From Octopus vulgaris (Eukaryota), in NCBI GenBank assembly GCA_951406725.2, contig OX597826.1, positions 24,242,001 through 24,306,000 of the forward strand: a stretch of DNA of 64,000 bases, read 5' to 3'. The translations under genes were made by a program, and so were the position numbers. Shown here one piece after another: positions 1-12,288 of this stretch; positions within the stretch are counted from its first letter, which is position 1, and every line of letters starts with the position of its first letter. The notes beneath the pieces were generated by a model, which had not been told where the DNA came from, did not search any database, and saw nothing but the letters and a program-made list of their open reading frames with translations.

Positions 1-73
1 TGGCTTTGGGGGTCCACCAGAATAAAATAGTAATCAAAGGGGTCCATAGATAAAAAATGGTTGAGAACCCCTG
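1..73. mobile_element. right end of a hAT-type MITE
   Basis: Ends in GGTTGAGAACCCCTG, the reverse complement of a CAGGGGTTCTCAACC-type hAT TIR; similar termini at 43578-43841. Confidence 0.55.
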
Positions 74-279
74 AGAAGTTTGTATTGCAGAATCAGGGAC
101 AGTCTTTGGGGAAGTGATATGAAAAAAAAAAGGATTAACTCTTTTGTGACCCTGTTTATATTGAAATATACCGCCCTCATTTCAGTTAATTTTAGAATAA
201 CAAAGAATTTAATGAAATAACTTATGTAACCATCAAGCTGGTGTATACAACATGAATTATCAGTCAAGGAATGTTTTAA

Positions 280-455
280 CCCTTTTGAGACCCTCGGAGT
301 TTTGGTATGTATAGTCAAAATAGACCAAAATTGTTTTTCATATTGAGATACATCTACTGAAAGACAATCTCTGATTAGTTATTACACTTCTGAGCCAACA
401 ATTCACAATATTTGTTCCATTGGGCCGATCAATCGACCTGGGTGCCCCAAGAGGG
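280..455. mobile_element. piggyBac-type MITE
   Basis: TTAA|CCCTTTTGAGACCC ... GGGTGCCCCAAGAGGG|TTAA: imperfect TIR with TTAA on both sides. Confidence 0.6.
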
Positions 456-552
456 TTAATTTAGATGAGTGGTTCTTTACCATATTTTAGGAATGAGTCT
501 CCTTTGATTCACGTTTCATAGTAATCCGATGTTTAAAAAATCCTATTATATA

Positions 553-2027
553 TGGTCCACCAAGGTTCTGGTCCACCAAGGTTCAGTCCTCAGCCCCCTC
601 CTATTTATCATAGTCCTCCAGGCAATAACGGAAGAATTCAAGACAGGATGCCCCTGGGAGCTCCTCTATGCTGATGACCTTGCTCTAATTGCTGAGTCAC
701 TATCAGAACTGGAGGAGAAGTTTCAGGTGTGGAAACAAGGATTAGAATCGAAGGGCCTTAGAATCAACCTAGCCAAAACCAAAGTCCTAATAAGTAGGAA
801 GGTGGACCAACCACAAACGACTTCAGGTAGATGGCCCTGCTCGATCTGTAAAAAAGGTGTAGGTAGAAACTCTATAAGGTGCACCAAGTGTAAGCTATGA
901 CACATAAGAGGTGCAGCAATGTCAAAAGTAGGCTAACTGGGAAGATAGTTTTCGTATGTGGCAGATGCTCAGGAGAAATAAACTCTGGAAACGTGCAGAG
1001 ACCAACTTCTACCACGTTCCAGGGAGACAAACTAGAAGTAGTTGATAGCTTCCGCTACCTAGGAGACCAAGTCAATAGCGGGGGTGGGTGTGCTGAAAGT
1101 GTAACTGCTAGAGTAAGAATAGCCTGGGCAAAGTTTAGAGAGCTCTTACCCCTGCTGGTGACAAAAGGCCTCTCGCTCAGAGTAAAAGGCAGACTGTATG
1201 ATGCATGTGTACGTACAGCCATGCTACATGGTAGTGAAACATGGGCCGTGACTGCTGAGGATATGCGTAAGCTCGCAAGAAATGAAGCCAGTATGCTCCG
1301 ATGGATGTGTAATGTCAGTGTTCATAATCGTCAGAGTGTAAGTACCTTGAGAGAAAAGTTGAACCTAAGAAGCGTCAGTTGTGGTGTGCAAGAGAGACGG
1401 CTGCGCTGGTATGGTCATATGACGAGAATGGCCGAAGATAGTTGTGTGCAAAAGTGCTACACCCTAGCAGTTGAGGGAACCTGTGGAAGAGGTAGACCCA
1501 GGAAAACCTGGGACGAAGTGGTGAAGCACGACCTTCGAACTTTAGGTCTCACCAAGGAAATGACTAGAGACCGAGACCTATGGAAGTATGCTGTGCGTGA
1601 GAAGACCCGGCAAGACTAGTCAGGCCATAACCCGTGGCCCCTACCTGGGACGTAGTCAGTCCACCTGTGCATACCTTCCTTCTTGTGACACTTGTGAAGA
1701 CCTGTTGAGGCAAGTGAAAATCGAATCAAATCAAATCAAAAAATCAAACAAAATCAAAATAGATGAACATCAATGGAATTTGTATCTTTGTGGTACCAGT
1801 GCCGGTGGAACACGAGTAAACCATCCGAACGTGGCCATAATCAGTGCCGCACCGACTGGCCTCCATGCTGTGGAGGCGTTAGGAAGGGCATCCAGCTGTA
1901 GAAACACTGCCAGATCTGACTGGCCTGGTGCAGCCTTCGGGCTCCCCAGACCCCAGTTGAACCGTCCAACCCATGCTAGCATGGAAAGCGGACGTTAAAT
2001 GATGATGATGATGATGATGATGATGAT
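553..2027 (+). mobile_element. 5'-truncated RTE-clade LINE (copy 1), inserted in a degraded hAT MITE
   Basis: RT motifs HQGSVLSPLLF, YADD and FRYLG; RTE C-terminus RRLRWYGH...GRGRPRKTW; 3' hairpin CCATGCTAGCATGG and (GAT)n tail; possible ATTATA TSD. Flanks (466-550, 2030-2155) resemble the MITE at 43578-43841. Confidence 0.95.
570..1619 (+). pseudogene. RTE reverse transcriptase C-terminal half, frameshifted near 898
   Basis: ORFs 529-900 and 897-1619 join to match the ORF at 51612-53690; CTATGGACA has become CTATGACA (1-nt deletion). Confidence 0.93.
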
Positions 2028-4131
2028 TATAATTGAATATTATTAGCAATTGTATTTTAAAAAAATATTTAAATATTTTGAGTATTGAGTATTAAGTTTA
2101 ACAAACCCATATATGGACTCATAATGATCATGTGGGCTCCAGTTGAAAATCTCACATTTAGATGATTTAAAACAGGAAGTCTGTATTGTAGAATCAGGAA
2201 CAGCCCTAGACAGGTTCATACATATCAAAAGGATTCATAGTGCTGTCTACTATGAAGTGCCTAAAAGTTTTGTTGCACTTAATCCAGTAGAATTGCAGAA
2301 GTGCACCTTGGTTTATTTTTTTAATTTTTCATTTTTATCTTATATGGTTGTGTAGTTAAGAAGCCTGTTTTGCTACCACATGGTTTGGGGTTCATTCCCA
2401 CTGCATGTTACCATGAGCAGGCATCTGCTATTATAGCTCCAGGATGACCGTAGCCTTATCACCCATTCTGTTTGTGTGTGTGTCTACTTGACCACTGGTG
2501 TTGGCTTGTTTACGTCCCCTTAATATAGCAGTTCAACAAAAGAGACTGATAGAATAACTATCAGAGTTTAAAAAAAACACTATGTTTGACTAAACTTTTC
2601 AAGGTAGTGCTCCAGTATGGCCACTCTCCAATGACTAAAACAAATAAGAGATAAAAAGATAAACACCATCCCATTTACACAACTAAATAATTTATTAATG
2701 ATCACATCATTAATGATAAAAATAAAATTGTCCTGAGTGATAAATATTAATGATACTTCACATCACACCTTGTTCTTCTTTTATCTTTTCTTTCAGTCAT
2801 TTGACTGTGGCCATGCTGGGGCACTGCTTTGAAGGGTTTTAGTGAAACAGATCAGTCTCAGGATATTTTTCTGTTTTTAAGCCTGGTATTTATTCTATTG
2901 GTCACTTTTGCCAAACTGCTAAGTTATGGGAACGTAAACAAACCAACATTGTCGTCAAGCAGCAGTGGGAGGCAAACAAATGCGCGCGTATACAATGGGC
3001 TTCTCTCAGTTTCCATCTGCCAAATCCACTTGCAAGGCTTTGGTCAGCCCAAGTTTATAATAGATGACACTTGTCCAAAGTGCCAAGCTGTGGAATTGAA
3101 CTCAGAACCATTTGGTTTTGCTTTGGAACCACTGCATCACTGTTTTGTTGACTAGACACTGCAGTAGACTGCAGCAAAGCCATAATTGCACCATTATATC
3201 CTTTTAGTGCTCTTCTGAATTAAAATCTTGCTGCTGTCAATTAATATTGCTTGCCATCTGTCTAAGGTACTGGTATGGCTGTGTGGTTAAAGAGCTTGCT
3301 TCCTAACCATGTGTTCTGTTCAATCCCACTGTACTATTTCTGGGCACGTGTCTTCTACTATACCCCTTATTTGATCACAGCCTTGTGAGTGGATTTGGAA
3401 GACAGAAACTGGGTGAAGCTTGTCATATGTGTATGTGTGTAAAGGTACTAAAGGATGTGGTACCTATCTCTGCAGTAAAATGGCATTCTTTATAGAAGTA
3501 AGACATCCACACACTAATGAGATAGTCTATGTGTGGTTGCATGACCTACTAGAAATAACAGCCAAACAGAATACCAGATTGTTTGTGGCAAACAACATAC
3601 CCCAAATGATGTGGTTCCTATTTTTTAAGTAATGTAGAATCTAATGTTCTATCTAGAAATAAAAGACATCTACAAACCAACAAGAGAGCCTCTGTGTTGT
3701 TACACTATCAACTAGAAAACTAGAAATAGCAGCTAAACCTTTCCAAAATCATACTTTATTGCCTTACAAAAAGGAGACTTTCGATAAATGTAATTTGGAA
3801 TGCATGACATCAAGAAAAATGTATGTTTGCTATATTTTGAATGTATTTGATTATAGGCCTACTATACTAGGACTTACTTGGGCATCTACAATAGATTTAA
3901 ACCCCTGGCCATTGATAAGGTGGTCTTTAAGTTTGGGTAAGTTTGTATGATATGAAGAAGGTGTTGGTGTTTCAGAGCTGGTCCTGAATATATAATTTTT
4001 GTCAACAGAGACCAGCTACTACTAGTTTCCTTAGGCTCTGTTACTATTTATTTATTTATTCATTTATTATGTTTTTAAAGTTTGGCACAAGGCCAGCAAT
4101 TTAGGGTATAAGTGAATTACTTTAACCCCAG

Positions 4132-4286
4132 AATATTATTTACATTAGATGGATATTTGTCCTCATCTTGTTTGTTGTTAACACTATGTTTCGGCTGATA
4201 TACCCTCCAGCCGTATTCAGGTTTCTTGTGGAAATTTCAAACCTGGGTTCCTAAAGTATTTTTCGATGTTTTTATTATTATCATTA

Positions 4287-4332
<46 letters not shown>

Positions 4333-4447
4333 GTTCAGGTCACTGCTTGAAATCGAACTTGGAATCTTGGGATTAAGAGTGCAGGCTGCTAACCCCAAGA
4401 TTTCAAGTTCGATTCCAAGCAGTGACCTGAACAATAACAATAACAAC

Positions 4448-4479
<32 letters not shown>

Positions 4480-4655
4480 CATCGAAAAATACCTTAGGAA
4501 TGAGAACCTAGGTTCGAAATTTCCCCAAGACACCTGAAGAAGGCTGGAGGGTATATCAGCCCAAACATTGTGTTAACAACAAACAAGATGAGGACAAATA
4601 TCCGTCAAATGTAAATAATGTACATAATTCCTCATCTCTTAAATATAGAACTGTA
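4132..4655 (+). mobile_element. fold-back non-autonomous Penelope-like element with tRNA-like centre and hammerhead-like motif in each arm
   Basis: Arms ~4135-4375 and ~4390-4619 are inverted; ~36-nt unpaired 3' tail; TTAACCCCAG direct repeats at 4122-4131 and 4656-4665; CTGAAGAA-GGCTG..CAGCC-(G/C)AAAC motif. Confidence 0.7.
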
Positions 4656-4656
4656 T

Positions 4657-4838
4657 TAACCCCAGTGTTCAACTGTTACTTATTTTATCAACCCTAAAAG
4701 GACGAAACGTATTTTATCAACCCCAAAAGGACAAAACGTATGAGCACAGTAAAGTAAAGAACACAAAATATAAAGACAGATGAAATGCCACTAAACATTT
4801 CATCCGTCATGCTAACAATTCTGCCAACTCACTGCCTT
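4657..4838 (-). mobile_element. degraded tRNA-derived SINE, family 2 (Meta-domain-like)
   Basis: Matches the younger copies at 7622-7851 and 32263-32494. Confidence 0.65.
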
Positions 4839-5607
4839 ATTTATTATTATAGTAATGGCAGCCTTATATGTTGTCCACTCAGCCCTAGGGCTATGTAATG
4901 TTAGAATTAAAGAGAGGAATAATGTAGATATAGAAGTATTGGAAAACCTTCAGTTCACCTGCTGGATGTGTTGTTTAGTACTTCCAAACCTGACATATTG
5001 TGAGTTATGATGGTTGCTTTTGCCATCAGGAAATTGGTCTTTAAATAGATGGAACCTCCTAATTCTTAGCCGAGTAAATTATATTCTCATCTGACATCTA
5101 AAACTGCCAGACAGTCCATTGCTTCTTATCTTACTGCCTTCATCATCATTATCATCATCATCTTCATCATCTTCATCTCCACCACCTTCGTCATCTTCAT
5201 CGTTGTAATTATTGTTATTGTTGTTGCTGTCATTTATATTATCATCCATTTTATCACCACAACCACTTCCTCCCTCCAATGCTGACGTGATCTGTCTGAA
5301 AATATACTTCAATATTTTTGCTGGAATACTTTTGTTTCTTTGTATTTTTTTTTATTTATTATTATATATTTTTTTTTTGCTTGTGTTTGGTTTTTATTCT
5401 TTCTTCTCGATATAGCTCAGCTGTAGATATGTTTCCATGCTGTTCGATAATAATAATGATCTAGATGTAAACTATATTATTGTATATGAAAGAGAGAAAA
5501 AGAAAAAAAGGCACCTCCCCACCACCGATAATAAAATTTTGAAAAAGAAAGAAAAGTAACCTTAGTGAAAGATGGTTTTACAGTGGCCTTATAAAGGAAG
5601 AATTTCT

Positions 5608-5762
5608 GAGTGGCTGTGTGGTAAGTAGCTTGCTTACCAACCACATGGTTCCGGGTTCAGTCCCACTGCGTGGCACCTTGGGCAAGTGTCTTCTACTATA
5701 GCCTCAGGCCAACCGAAGCCTTGTGAGTGGATTTGGTAGATGGAAACTGAAAGAAGCCTGTC

Positions 5763-5802
<40 letters not shown>

Positions 5803-6003
5803 TTGTGTGTCTGTATTTGTCCTCCCCAACATCGCTTGACAACCGATGCTGGTGTATTTACTTCCCTGTAACTTAGCGGTTTGGCAAAAGAGACCAATAG
5901 AATAAGTACTAGGCTTACAAAGAATAAGTCCTGGGGTCGATTTGCTCAACTAAAGGTGGTGCTCCAGCATGGCCACAGTCAAAAACTGAAACAAGTAAAA
6001 GAG
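5608..6003 (+). mobile_element. tRNA-derived SINE, family 1 (CORE-like centre, internal microsatellite)
   Basis: TGGCTGTGTGG A-box-like and GGTTCAGTCCC B-box-like head; CCTTGGGCAAGT core; 3' end CCAGCATGGCCACAGTC...ACTGAAAC; more than 10 copies in the window. Confidence 0.9.
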
Positions 6004-6649
6004 GTTCAACATACATTTACAGAGGCATTACTTGGGCACATCATCAGTGTTATATCCTAGAGTTACTAGGGTTACTACTGCTCCCACAACATAGACCCTC
6101 TTCCAGGTGACCCTATCTAGGTTGAGCAAGCCTAGCCCTTTGTCTATGCAACATTCCCCTATGTTGTTCTTCAAGGCTGTTCTTTTGTTTATTCCTGTAA
6201 TGCTCAAGGTTCCATAGGCTTTATTCAATGTACAACCTGTTAATCATTGACTGACCATCCTCAGCTAGACACCTAGTTCTCCATCCCTTCTTACCTCAGC
6301 TCTCCAATTATGGCTGGCCCCTTCTATCGGTTTAATTTATCTCTTTTATATTTTTCTGTCATTTGCCTGTGGCCATACTGGGGCACTGCCTTGAAGTGTT
6401 TAGTTGAACAACCCCCCCACCCCAGTAGTTATTTTTATTAAGTCTAGTGCTTATTCTATCAGTCTCTTTTTCCAAACTTAAGTTATGAGGACGTAAATAA
6501 ACTAACAATGGTGGTCAAGAGGTGGCTGGTTGGGAAAAAATGCAAAGACACATGCACACACACACACACACACACATACACAAGCACACATATACACATA
6601 ATACATACATTAGATATATATAAATCTACATATTAGGCATATAAACATG

Positions 6650-6915
6650 GTAAATTTAATTATTTCTCTGTTGATTGAAACAGCCTTAATCAATATTTGA
6701 CCCTTATTGGGGTCTGATGGGCCCCCGCATGTGTATAGTTAGCAATTTTCTTTCTCCATCTTCCCTTCCTTTTTCTATGTTTCTGACGAAGAACTCTGCT
6801 TGAAACGTTAAATCCTCCTCCTTCTTTCTTTCCCTTCCTGAGCGTCCAATAACACTATACTTGTTCCATGTCCTCGTGTTGTTGTGTTTTCTCTTTGTTC
6901 ATGTTTCGAGTAACT
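6650..6915 (+). mobile_element. Penelope-like pLTR remnant with minimal hammerhead motif (6783-6808)
   Basis: CTGACGAAGAACTCTGCTTGAAACGT in a pyrimidine-rich context; similar element at 60967-61148. Confidence 0.55.
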
Positions 6916-7119
6916 ATATATATATATATACATAAATATACACATATATAAATATATATACATATATATATATATATACATACATATATAAATATACATA
7001 CATATACATATATATATAAATATACATATACATATACATACATATATAAATATACATACATATACATACATATATAAATATACATAAATATACATATATA
7101 TATATTTATATATGTGTAT

Positions 7120-7520
7120 AGGCGCAGGAGTGGCTGTGTGGTAAGTAGCTTGCTAACCAACCACATGGTTCCGGATTCAGTCCCACTGCGTGGCATCTTG
7201 GGCAAGTGTCTTCTGCTATAGCCCCGGACCGACAAATGCCTTGTGAGTGGATTTGGTAGACGGAAACTGAAAGAAGCCTGTCGTATATATGTATATATAT
7301 ATGTGTGTGTATATGTGTTTGTGTGTCTGTGTTTGTCCCTCTAGCATTGCTTGACAACCGATGTTGGTGTGTTTACGTCCCCGTCACTTAGCGGTTCGGC
7401 GAAAGAGACCGATAGAATAAGTACTGGGCTTACAAAGAATAAGTCCCGGGGTCGATTTGCTCGACTAAAGGTGGTGCTCCAGCATGGCCACAGTCAAGTG
7501 ACTGAAACAAGTAAAAGAGT
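7120..7520 (+). mobile_element. SINE family 1, full length, young
   Basis: Starts AGGCGCAGGAGTGGCTGTGTGG and ends GTAAAAGAGT; near-identical to 33792-34200. Confidence 0.92.
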
Positions 7521-7564
7521 ATAAATATACATATACATACATATATAAATATATACACACACAC

Positions 7565-7621
<57 letters not shown>

Positions 7622-7623
<2 letters not shown>

Positions 7624-7849
7624 TCTTTATTACCCACAAGGGGCTAAACATAGAGGGGACAAACAAGGACAGACAAATGGATTAAGATGATTACATCGAC
7701 CCCAGTGCTCAACTGGTACTTAATTTATCGACCCCGAAAGGATGAAAGGCAAAGTCGACCTCGGCGGAATTTGAACTCAGAACGTAGCGGCAGACGAAAT
7801 ACGGCTACGCATTTCGCCCGGCGTGGTAACGGTTCTGCCAGCTCGCCGC

Positions 7850-7851
<2 letters not shown>
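7622..7851 (-). mobile_element. SINE family 2 (tRNA head plus Meta-like domain)
   Basis: Minus strand reads GGCGGCGAGCTGGCAGAA...GAGTTCAAATTCC...GCCTTTCATCCTTTCGGGGTCGATAAATTAAGTACC. Confidence 0.88.
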
Positions 7852-7899
<48 letters not shown>

Positions 7900-8006
7900 G
7901 TATGTATATTTATATATATATATATATATATTTATATATGTATGTATATGTATGTATATTTATATATATATATATATATATTTATATATGTATGTATATG
8001 TATGTA

Positions 8007-8045
<39 letters not shown>

Positions 8046-8275
8046 GTATGTATATGTATGTATATTTATATATATATATATATATATATATTTTATATAT
8101 GTATGTATATGTATATATGTATATGTATGTATATTTATATATATATGTATGTATATTTATATATGTATATATATATATGTATATATATTTATATATGTAT
8201 GTATATATATATATATGTATATATATTTATATATGTATGTATATATATATATGTATATATATTCATATATGTGTA

Positions 8276-8321
<46 letters not shown>
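7852..8321. repeat. (TA)n/(TATG)n microsatellite
   Basis: Direct reading. Confidence 0.97.
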
Positions 8322-8324
<3 letters not shown>

Positions 8325-8606
8325 GGAGTTTCTGTCTCCCAAATTCACTCAAAAAACATTGGTTGTCCTGGGACTGTTGTATAAGACACTTTCCCGAGGT
8401 GCTATGCAATGGGACTGAACCCAAAACTGTGGTTCCAAAGCAAACTTCTTAAGCACACATCCATGGCTGCAGTTTTCAAACATGAATTAGAATGAAATCT
8501 TGACGGCAGGTTTTTAATTTAGATTTCCTTAAAACCGGAAGAACTAGGGATAGTCTCAGGTCAGTTGATATCAAAAGGGTTGTAACAGTGCTTTTAATTT
8601 AATAAT

Positions 8607-9198
8607 GCAGGCATGGCTGTGTGGTAAGAAGTTTGCTTCCCAATCACATGGTTCCACTGTGTGGCACTTTGGGCAAGTGTCTTTTACTTTAGCCTCAGGC
8701 TGGCCAAAGCCTTGTGAGTGGATTTGGTAAATGGAAACTGAAAGAAGTCTATATGTGTATTTACATCTATGAGGGGGTGCTGGCTTTGAGAAAAATAAAA
8801 TACAGGAGGATCAGTTAATTATGATTTTATTCAGCATATCTCCCTTTCAGATTCACACACTTATTGCAGCACTCCTTTGGTTTTTTTAATCCCTGTAAAA
8901 AAACTCTAAAGGTTGGGCCTCCAACCAGGCTGTTCATGATACCCTTAAAGCCAGGAACTTTTCAGCACCCGCTCGTATACAGAAGTCTGTTGTATATATA
9001 CATATGTGTGTCTTTGTGTCTATGTTTGTCCCCAACCGCTGCTTGACAACCAGTGTTGGTGTGTTTACATCCCTGTAACTCAAGTGGTTCAGCAAACGAG
9101 ACCAATAAAATAAGTACCAGGATTGATTCATTCAACTAAAATTCTTCAAGGTAGTGCCCCAGCATGGTCACAGTCTTATGACTGAAACAAGTAAAAGG
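8607..9198 (+). mobile_element. SINE family 1 interrupted by a mariner-type MITE
   Basis: Family 1 head at 8607-8750 and tail at 9005-9198. Confidence 0.8.
8770..8975. mobile_element. Tc1/mariner-type MITE remnant
   Basis: TA|TGAGGGGGTGCTG ... CTTTTCAGCACCCGCTCG|TA; mariner-like CGAGGG..GCTGAAAAGT termini with TA flanks. Confidence 0.65.
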
Positions 9199-9879
9199 CT
9201 CTCATACAAAGTATGCCAGTCATTTCTGTTAATTTCCATGTGAAGTATGCAAATAATTTTTATGCTTGATTTCCAGTGTATTTTCCTTAGTGAAAAGGGT
9301 TGAGAACTACTTATTTGAATATCTTTGATCATAGTTCTTTGCAAACCAGTCAGAAATAGCATAGCCACGGTCACACTTGTATCTTTCAATCTATAATCAA
9401 ATGCCAATTAATTAGTCTCTAACATTATTAGATACAGATCAATCATTACACTTGAGGCAAATATTGGCAAGCTGTCTAACCTTCTGCAGTCATTGCAGTT
9501 GATGCTACAGGTTTTGGACACAATAGCAGTGTAGAATCAATGACACACTTAGAAGAAAAGATTCTTTGAGAATTAGTCATTTCTGATGACTAATATGGTA
9601 ATATGGTAATAACGAGAGCATGTCTTTGAAGAATATAGAAAGAATAAATGAAAAAAACATTTATTTTCTTTTGATGTTTATGAATATAGAACATAATTGT
9701 ATCAGTTATTTGATAGAATTTGGGGCAAACCTCTCTCTGTCAATGGCAATATCTGTTTGTATTATGAACAACTATTGCTTGATTGTGTTATATGTAGAAG
9801 TATCTCTATTGCTGAGTTGTAGGAGATTTACATAGTACTTACCTTACGTTCAGGTGAATCAATTAAGATACTTTAGACG

Positions 9880-9925
<46 letters not shown>

Positions 9926-10110
9926 GTATGTATATTTATATATGTATATGTATGTATATTTATATATGTATATGTATGTATATTTATGTATGTAGATGTA
10001 TATGTATGTATATTTATATATATATGTATGTATATTTATATATGTATATATATATATGTATATATATTTATATATGTATGTATATATATATATGTATATA
10101 TATTTATATA

Positions 10111-10151
<41 letters not shown>

Positions 10152-12070
10152 AGTTTCTGTCTCCCAAATTCACTCAAAAAACATTGGTTGTCCTGGGACT
10201 GTTGTATAAGACACTTTCCCAAGGTGCTATGCAATGGGACTGAACCCAAAACTGTGTGGTTCCAAAGCAAACTTCTTAAGCACACATCCATGACTGCAGT
10301 TTTCAAACATGAATTAGAATGAAATCTTGACGGCAGGTTTTTAATTTAGATTTCCTTAAAACCGGAAGAACTAGGGATAGTCTCAGGTCAGTTGATATCA
10401 AAAGGGTTGTAACAGTGCTTTTAATTTAATAATGCAGGCATGGCTATGTGGTAAGAAGTTTGCTTCCCAATCACATGGTTCCACTGTGTGGCACTTTATG
10501 CAAGTGTCTTTTACTATAGCCTCAGGCTGGCCAAAACCTTGTGAGTGGATTTGGTAAATGGAAACTGAAAGAAGTCTATATGTGTATTTACATCTATGTA
10601 TATATACAACAGACTTCTGTATATGAGCGAGTGCTGAAAAGTATCATGAACAACCTGGTTGGAGGCCCAACCTTTAGCTTTTCAAACATGTGGCTTCGGA
10701 TTCAGTCTTACTGCATGGCGCCTTGGGCAAGAGTCTTCTACTACACTACTGTAGCCCTGGGCCAACCAAATAGTGTGAATGGATACAGTAGACAGAAACT
10801 CTGTGTGTGTGTGTGTGTATTAAGGCAGTACTCCAGCATGGCTACAGTCAAATTACTGAACTAAAAGAATATATATATATATATATATATATATGCGTGT
10901 GTGTGTGTGTGTATGTATGTATAGAGTGTTAACACTATTAGGCTTGTTATATATAAACATATATACATATAAGTACACAGATTTATATAGAGATATCTGT
11001 AGATACATATAACTAAGTATATACAGATGCTAAAACACATGTACGAGCATATAGATATATTTATATATGTAGGCAAATATATTTACATTGAGTATAAAAA
11101 TACTGAATACTTAGAAGAGAATGCAGTTTTGTAACTCAACAGCTGTTTCTGGAAGCTCATAATAAATATAATGTATGTATGTATGTGTCCTTATCTTGGC
11201 ATCATGGTTGTTAACAAGTTGGTTGTGAATGAGCATCACCATCATAACAAGAGGCACTATTCATTTCCATTCTTCCATGACGAATATGTCTGGCCATGGG
11301 GAAACATTTGCTTGCTTAGAAACAGGTAAGGGCTGGTGACAGGAAAAGCACCCAGCTGTATAAATTCTGACCCATGCAAGCATGGAAAATTGAATGTTAA
11401 ATGATGTTAGTGTTTTCTTATATGTTATCCCTGCAAGGAACTTCATAGAAAAAGGTTTTACATTTTATTAATGGTGTTTCATCTTCACAGATATACTTCA
11501 GTGAAACATACACACAACCATTCAGTCATATATTTTACATCTGTTTTTTCCATGCTCGCATGGGTTAGATGAATACATATTACTGGTGCTTTGTTTTACA
11601 AGCAGATGCCTTTCCCATAATTTAACCCTTACCTGTTTTCCACCTGAGAGATGTTTCATTCTACTCACCTTAGAAAATACAGAGCTGCCTTAGAATTTGT
11701 TGGTAAGAAATGTCAGCAAAAATTGCCACCCATAGCACAGCAATTTTCATACAAAATGCTGAATGTAAGCACCCACATACATATGCACACATACAGGTAA
11801 CTGGCTTCATACAGTCTTCGTCTACCATTTTCAATTGCAGGAGGGCACTGGTCGTCACCATTATCATTACATGCATCTTTCCATGCTGGTGCAGGTTAAT
11901 TCGTTTGTTAGTTCTCTCTCTGCCATGAGAGGTACTAACATTGGTGCTTTTTAAGTGGCACCAACACTGGTGCTTTTTACATGGCACTAGTGCATATATA
12001 TTTTTATGAAGACTGACATTCATACAGTTTCTGTCTACCAATTCCATTCAATAGGTATTGGTTGGCTTAA

Positions 12071-12288
12071 CCCTTTTGTTACCATATTTCTGTTGAGATG
12101 CTCTGTGTTTCTTTCAATTAATTTTAAATATAACAAAGAATTACTAAAATAATTTAGTTTATCATTAAGCTAGTGCTAGGAACATAAATTGTGACTAAGG
12201 TTTGGTAGATTTTAATTCAGAAATTTTGAAAACAAGAATTTGTACAACAGAACCAGAGGCAGTTTCAGGCAGGTTGGTATCAAAAGGG
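12071..12288. mobile_element. piggyBac MITE nested in a minus-strand family 1 SINE fragment
   Basis: TTAA|CCCTTTTGTTACCA ... TGGTATCAAAAGGG|TTAA; same TIR type as 55775-56841; SINE sequence resumes on both sides. Confidence 0.85.

Larger units (their letters stand above)
8322..10600 (+). repeat. local ~450-bp duplication (8322-8770 and 10148-10600)
   Basis: ATGGAGTTTCTGTCTCCC...GTATTTACATCTATG occurs twice, each after a similar microsatellite. Confidence 0.9.

Noticed and set aside
4226-4537. Mirror-image poly-Leu/poly-Asn ORFs, and the twin ORFs at 20092-20563
   Set aside because: By-products of palindromes and (AAT)n repeats.
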